Assembly (NCBI GenBank): GCA_963711565.1
Contig: CAVQEQ010000003.1
Span: 576,001-640,000 of the forward strand
Direction of reading: 5' to 3'
DNA: 64,000 nt
Source: an uncultured delta proteobacterium
GTDB taxonomy: Bacteria; Desulfobacterota; Binatia; Binatales; Binataceae
The position numbers were made by a program, and so were the translations under genes. Below are positions 58,851 through 64,000 of the stretch, piece after piece. Numbering within the stretch: position 1 is the first letter of the stretch; every line of letters begins with the position of its first letter. The notes under the pieces were generated by a model. It did not search any database, was not told the DNA's origin, and worked only from the letters and a program-made list of their open reading frames with translations.

Positions 58851-60008
58851 ATGACGATCTGGACGGTTTTACCGGCTGCGGCCGTGTGCGTGTCGATGTT
58901 CTACTACATCGCGGCGACGGTTGCTGCGATCAGGTTTGCCAGGCGCGGGACGACTCCCCTGCCCCCGATCCCCAAGGTCCCGCCGCGCGTTGCGGTGCTG
59001 AAGCCTTTGCACGGAAGCAGCAATTCGCTGGCGGCTAACCTAGTCAGCTTCCTGGAAATCGCGTACCCGCGGATCGACTTTTATTTCGGCGTCCATAACT
59101 ACGAGGATCCGGCCGCTGAAGTTCCGGTTGCTCTTCGCCAACGCTACCAGCACGCGGGCATCACGCTGCTGGTTGGCGAAGAGCCGGACTGCAGCAATCG
59201 CAAGATCGCGAAGCTGATCAGGATGGCGGATCGCGCGGAGAAGGCCGAGATTTTCGTGCTGAGCGACGCCGACGTATCAGTCGAGCGCGACTACCTTAGG
59301 CGGATTGTCGGCGAACTGATGTCGGACGAGAAAATCGGCATCGTGACGTGCGCATACCGGGCACGCCCGGGCGGCTCAATCGCGTCGCGGCTGGAGGCGC
59401 TTTACGTCAATACCGATTTTCTGCCGCAGATTCTGCTGGCGGAAATGATCGAGCCGATGCACTACGCACTCGGCGCTACGATCGCAATCAAGCGCAAGGT
59501 ACTCGAGGCCGCGGGCGGATTCCGCGCGGTCAAGAACATGCTCGCCGACGACTTCTACCTCGGCAACTTCACCAATGCGCAAGGCTACGAGATCAAACTG
59601 TCCGATTCTCTGGTTACGTTGACCTGCGAGGAAAAAAGTTTCGCCGAATTCTGGCATCATCAACTGCGCTGGGCGCGCACCTACCGTACGGTGCGCCCGA
59701 TCAGCATCGCGACCGTCATGATGCATGGTCCGTTCTGGGCGCTGATACTGCTGGCGATGACGCGCGGAAGCGCAGCGGCCCTTGCGACTTTGGTGCTGGT
59801 CGTGGCGGCGCGGCTCGCGATGTCGGCGGCGATAGTCGGCCGCGTGCTCAAGATGCCCGAGATGCTGAGCGAACTGTGGATGGTGCCTTTCAAGGATCTG
59901 ATTATGACCGGGGTCTGGTTTGCCAGCCTCTTCAGCAACAAAGTGAAGTGGGCGGGCCGCGAGTTCAAGGTGGTTCGCGGCGGCGCGATGCGCGAAGTGA
60001 AAGGCTGA
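58851..60008 (+). CDS. hpnI: Bacteriohopanetetrol glucosamine biosynthesis glycosyltransferase
   Basis: LKPLHG, N.K, SDAD, LADDF.LG, QLRWART; adjacent to hpnJ. Confidence 0.85.
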   Translation: MTIWTVLPAAAVCVSMFYYIAATVAAIRFARRGTTPLPPIPKVPPRVAVLKPLHGSSNSLAANLVSFLEIAYPRIDFYFGVHNYEDPAAEVPVALRQRYQHAGITLLVGEEPDCSNRKIAKLIRMADRAEKAEIFVLSDADVSVERDYLRRIVGELMSDEKIGIVTCAYRARPGGSIASRLEALYVNTDFLPQILLAEMIEPMHYALGATIAIKRKVLEAAGGFRAVKNMLADDFYLGNFTNAQGYEIKLSDSLVTLTCEEKSFAEFWHHQLRWARTYRTVRPISIATVMMHGPFWALILLAMTRGSAAALATLVLVVAARLAMSAAIVGRVLKMPEMLSELWMVPFKDLIMTGVWFASLFSNKVKWAGREFKVVRGGAMREVKG

Positions 60009-60013
60009 GCGCG

Positions 60014-60907
60014 GTGCTCACGTATCTGTCTCTTGCGGTTCTTGCCAGCGTGCTGATGGCGCTGGGCCTGTTGATGATGAAGAGCCGCTCGGCGGATCTG
60101 CCGATGGCGACCGGCGCGAATACGATCGGTGCGATCGTCGCATGGATTCGCGATCCTATTTGGATCGGCGGGCTCGGCGTGCAGACTGCAGGCTGGGCCT
60201 GCTACGTGATCGCCGTGTCGAGAGCGCCGGTGTCGATGGTGGCGGTGATGATGCAGGGTGGAATCGGGCTATTCGTAATCGCGTCGGTGGCAGTTCTGGG
60301 CGAGCGCGCGACCGCGCGCGAATGGGTCGGCATCGGCGCGATCATTTTCGGGATGCTGATGCTCACGCTGTCGCTTCAAGGCGGCGAGGCCGAAGTTGCG
60401 TTCGAGCCTGGAACGCTGCTGATGTTCACCGTGCTGCTGACGGCCGCTGGGTTGGCTCCCATGGCCCTCGCGCGGATGAACGCCAGCGGCGCCGCTGCCG
60501 CGATATTCTCCGGTGTCGCGTTCGGCCTCGGCGCATTGTTCACCAAAGCGATGACGCTCGAGTTCGGCGGCGATGCCGTTTTAGTGGCCCTGAGATTACT
60601 GTCGAATCCTTATGTGTACGGCATGCTCGTCGCCAACATCCTGGGGATTGTCATGCTGCAGAACTCGTTTCATTCGGCGCGCGCGATAATTGCGATGCCG
60701 TTGTCGGGGGCGCTGTCGAACATCGTGCCGATCATCGGCGGGATGATCGTGTTCGGGGAGCGACTTCCGGCCGGATCGGTCGCGGCCACGATGCGTGTCG
60801 GCGCATTCGCGTTGACAATCGCAGCAGGCGCTCTCCTTTCCGGATCGCGCGAGCAATTGCCGCGAGAGGCAGTTGTGGTCGGGCCGCTATCGAGAGTGAA
60901 AAGCTAG
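60014..60907 (+). CDS. DMT/EamA-like membrane transporter
   Basis: About 9-10 TM helices, APVSMV, LGER and FGERLP motifs; start uncertain (60005-60014). Confidence 0.7.
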   Translation: MLTYLSLAVLASVLMALGLLMMKSRSADLPMATGANTIGAIVAWIRDPIWIGGLGVQTAGWACYVIAVSRAPVSMVAVMMQGGIGLFVIASVAVLGERATAREWVGIGAIIFGMLMLTLSLQGGEAEVAFEPGTLLMFTVLLTAAGLAPMALARMNASGAAAAIFSGVAFGLGALFTKAMTLEFGGDAVLVALRLLSNPYVYGMLVANILGIVMLQNSFHSARAIIAMPLSGALSNIVPIIGGMIVFGERLPAGSVAATMRVGAFALTIAAGALLSGSREQLPREAVVVGPLSRVKS

Positions 60908-61746
60908 AAGTTCGCTTTTGGCACCGGCAGGCCGGGGACGTCGGCACGCCCGCGGAAAATCGTTCCCCTGCTATTTGGATCATCGGTGTTGTCGGCGGTC
61001 ACGACGTAGAGATCGCGCAGGTCGCGACCGCCGAAGACCAGGCTGGTCACCATCGTGGCCGGCAACTTGATTCGCTTGACCACGGTGGCGTCCTTCGCGA
61101 AGTGCACCACCTCGCCGACGCGGACTGCGGCAACCCATACGCCGCCTTGCGCATCGACGGCCAGCCCGTCGGGCATTCCCGCGGGCATTTTTGAGAAGAC
61201 GCGCCGGTCCTTGACGCCGCGCTCGTGCGTGACGTCGTAAACCCACACCGCGCCGGTACTGGAATCCGAATGATACAGATGCTTTCTGTCGGGGCTGAAG
61301 CCGAGACCGTTGCTGACCTCGATGCCGTCCCACAACTTCACCGGGCGACCAGGCGGATCGATGCGGAACAGGCTGCCCGGAATCGGCTTGTCGTTGCTCA
61401 GCGGATTGAAGTTGATGGTGCCGGTATAGACGCTGCCGTGATCGTCGGTCGTGAGATCGTTCATGCTGATCGGCTTGCCTTCCCATGCGGCGAACAGGTC
61501 GCGGCTCTTGCCGGTTTTCTCATCCCAGTGAATCAGGGCGCGGCCGGTGAGCACGAGCCCGCCGCGCTGGTTGAAGATCATCCCGCCGACACCCTTGCGT
61601 TTCGGAATCAGCGTTTCGACGTTGCCGCCGGGATTGCGGCGGTAGATGCCGCCGTTGGGAATGTCGCTGAAGTAGAGACGGCCGAGGTCGTCGACACGCG
61701 GCGCTTCGAGCAGGCCGTAGCCGCTCGCGAGCATCTCGAATTCCAT
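60904..61746 (-). CDS. SMP-30/gluconolactonase family protein
   Basis: LEAP, MND, SNGLGFSPD, PDGLAVD. Confidence 0.9.
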   Translation of the reverse strand: MEFEMLASGYGLLEAPRVDDLGRLYFSDIPNGGIYRRNPGGNVETLIPKRKGVGGMIFNQRGGLVLTGRALIHWDEKTGKSRDLFAAWEGKPISMNDLTTDDHGSVYTGTINFNPLSNDKPIPGSLFRIDPPGRPVKLWDGIEVSNGLGFSPDRKHLYHSDSSTGAVWVYDVTHERGVKDRRVFSKMPAGMPDGLAVDAQGGVWVAAVRVGEVVHFAKDATVVKRIKLPATMVTSLVFGGRDLRDLYVVTADNTDDPNSRGTIFRGRADVPGLPVPKANF

Positions 61747-61830
61747 CGCGGGGATCCTCCTCAGCCCGTTTACCACGCTTCGCGACGCACCGCGAGGCCA
61801 GGTGGTAAGTCGTCGCGGCAGTTCGCCCTC

Positions 61831-64000
61831 TCAGTCAGGAAGATCGACAGGAACCGGCTGGGTCAGGCGCGAGCGGTTCTGATCGTCGAGGCGCAGGCGA
61901 CGATGGCACAAATAGATCAGCACCGGTTGTAGAATTCGCGTCAGCATCATGATCGCCAGCGCGCCGCCGATTACGACGATCGCCAGCGGCTGCTGGGTTT
62001 GGGCGCCGATTCGAGTCGAAATCGCCGCGGGCAGCAGGCCGAGCGCATCGACCAGGTCGGTCATCATCGTGGCGCGAAGACGCCGGTCAGAGCCGGTGAT
62101 GATCGACTCGACGAATGGATTGCCCTCCTCCCAAAGCCTGCGGATGTAGAAGCTCAGCAGGATACCGTCCATGACGGCGATGCCAAAAATTGAGATGAAG
62201 CCAACGCCGGCCGAGACGCTGAAAGGCGTGCCAGTGATGATCAGCGCCAGGACTCCGCCCAGGCACGCGACCGGGATCTGGGCCATGATGATGAAGGTGT
62301 CGATGAGCGATTGAGTCGCGGCGTAGAGCACGCCTGCGATCAGCAACAGCGCGAACGGTACGACGATGGCGAAACGGCGATTGGCGGCCTGAAGTTCGCC
62401 GTACTCACCCGACCATTCCAGATGCACGCCATCGGGAAGGTGAACCTCCTGCGCAATTTTGCGCTTGGCATCGAAGATGGTGCTCTGCAGATCGCGATCG
62501 CGGACCGAGAACCGTACCGGCACGTAACGCTGCAGCGCTTCGCGGTAGATGAAGGACGCGCCCTCGGCGGTCTCGATGTTGGCGACCTGGTCGAGCGGAA
62601 CCTGGCCGCCGCCAGGAAGATTGACGCGGATTTGGCGCACCGCATCCAGGCTCTCGCGATACTCCGGCTTCCATCGCACGACCAGGTCGAAGCGCCGGTC
62701 GCCTTCGAGCACCTGGGTAACGGCCTGGCCGCCGATCGCCGCCTGCACGATCGCGCCGACATCGCCGACGTTGAGCCCGTAACGCGCGCAAGCGGTCCGG
62801 TCCGGGGTGATTTGCAGATTGGGCTGACCCATCGAGCGCAGCACTACTTCATCGACGACGCCGGGAACCCCGCTCAGGGTTTCTCTGATATCGTTGGCGA
62901 TTCGTTCATCAGTCGCCAGGTCGTCGCCGAAAACCTTGATCGCGTTTTCTCCGGCCTTTACGCCCGAGATCGCTTCGTCGATGTTGTCTTCGATGTTTTG
63001 CGAATAGCTGAAGCTGACACCGGGAAATTTCCGGGTAAGTTTGTCGTCGATCTGCGTGACCAGTTTCGGTTTGGTCATGCCGGCCGGCCACTGATCATCC
63101 GGCTTTAGATCGACCGAGAACTCGATGTTGAAAAAGCCGGCGGTCTCGGTGCCGTCGTCGGGGCGGCCGAGCTGCGAGACGACAGTGGTGACCTCGGGGA
63201 AGCTCTTGAAGACAGCGCGCATCTGATTGCAGAGCCGGGCGCCGTGCTCGAGCGAAATCGTCAACGGCATCGTCGCGTGCGCCCAGATATTTCCTTCCTC
63301 GAGCTTGGGCAGAAACTGGCCGCCCAGCAGCGGGAACAGCGACAGCACGCCCGCCACCAGCAGAACAATCATGGCCAGCGTGAGCCGCGGCCAGTTCAGG
63401 ATCCGCTCGAACATCCCGTGGTAGAAGGCGGCGATCCCCGTCCAGATGGGGTTGCGAATCGCGCGCATCCCGCGGGCGAAGAAATACGAAGACAGCACCG
63501 GCGACAAGGTCACCGCCAGCAGAATCGCGGTCCCCAGCGCAAACGCGTAGGTGTGCGACATCGGCGAAAAGATCGCGCCCTCGACCCCCCGCATCGTGAA
63601 CAGCGGCAGGAACGCGATCACGAAAATCAGCGTCGAGAAGAACATCGGGCCGCCAACTTCCTGCGCGGCCGCCAGGATGCGAAGCCGGTAACTCTCGTGC
63701 GAGCGCTCGGGCGCGGTCAGATGCCGTTCGATATTTTCCATCACGATGACGGTGGTATCGATGATGATGCCGAAGTCGATCGCGCCCAGCGAAATAAGAT
63801 TGGCCGGCGTATTGGTCAAGTGCATCAGCGCGAACGCCCCGCACAGCGCCAGCGGGATGTTGATTGCGGCGATAATTGCGGCCCGCAGGTTGCCGAGAAA
63901 GAAAAGCAGCACCAGGAAGACCAGCACCATCCCGACGGTTAGATTTTCGAGCACCGTGTGCAGCGTGGTCTCGACCAGGGTGGTGCGGTCGTAGTAGGGC
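61831..64000 (-). CDS. CusA/CzcA-family heavy-metal RND efflux transporter (5' part outside the window)
   Basis: NLISLGAIDFG, EGAIFSPM, GRPDDGT, GFISIFGIAVMDG, QQPLAIVVIGG; frame open to the window edge. Confidence 0.93.
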   Translation of the reverse strand, partial: PYYDRTTLVETTLHTVLENLTVGMVLVFLVLLFFLGNLRAAIIAAINIPLALCGAFALMHLTNTPANLISLGAIDFGIIIDTTVIVMENIERHLTAPERSHESYRLRILAAAQEVGGPMFFSTLIFVIAFLPLFTMRGVEGAIFSPMSHTYAFALGTAILLAVTLSPVLSSYFFARGMRAIRNPIWTGIAAFYHGMFERILNWPRLTLAMIVLLVAGVLSLFPLLGGQFLPKLEEGNIWAHATMPLTISLEHGARLCNQMRAVFKSFPEVTTVVSQLGRPDDGTETAGFFNIEFSVDLKPDDQWPAGMTKPKLVTQIDDKLTRKFPGVSFSYSQNIEDNIDEAISGVKAGENAIKVFGDDLATDERIANDIRETLSGVPGVVDEVVLRSMGQPNLQITPDRTACARYGLNVGDVGAIVQAAIGGQAVTQVLEGDRRFDLVVRWKPEYRESLDAVRQIRVNLPGGGQVPLDQVANIETAEGASFIYREALQRYVPVRFSVRDRDLQSTIFDAKRKIAQEVHLPDGVHLEWSGEYGELQAANRRFAIVVPFALLLIAGVLYAATQSLIDTFIIMAQIPVACLGGVLALIITGTPFSVSAGVGFISIFGIAVMDGILLSFYIRRLWEEGNPFVESIITGSDRRLRATMMTDLVDALGLLPAAISTRIGAQTQQPLAIVVIGGALAIMMLTRILQPVLIYLCHRRLRLDDQNRSRLTQPVPVDLPD

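Overview
GC-rich bacterial chromosomal segment. Its gene content (paralogous ALDHs, family III CoA-transferases, MaoC hydratases, P450, Ku-LigD, hopanoid hpnJ/hpnI, TonB receptor, sigma54 promoters) suggests a diderm soil organism, plausibly Binatota/Deltaproteobacteria-like; this is inference only. It holds about 45 protein genes, a Pro-Arg-His-Lys tRNA cluster and REP-like repeats. I found no integrase, transposase, prophage or CRISPR array. The most notable signal is non-coding: two near-consensus sigma54 (-24/-12) promoters at about 10308 and 13305 each precede a stem-loop RNA whose loops carry repeated UCCCC(AC) motifs, consistent with an undescribed sigma54-dependent C-rich sRNA family. 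A third sigma54-like promoter points at the AI-2E gene between them, just upstream of ku-ligD. The second candidate system is an orphan ImmA/IrrE-type metallopeptidase divergent from a FeeM/LuxI-like acyltransferase plus fatty-acid desaturase. Other points of interest are an ALDH-barrel-ALDH unit facing an XRE-PBP regulator, a Fur-boxed TonB receptor with a Cys/His mini-protein, a five-gene C5-dicarboxylate-like CoA operon and a tandem GT-C fusion. All family assignments come from motif recognition by eye; no database searches were run.
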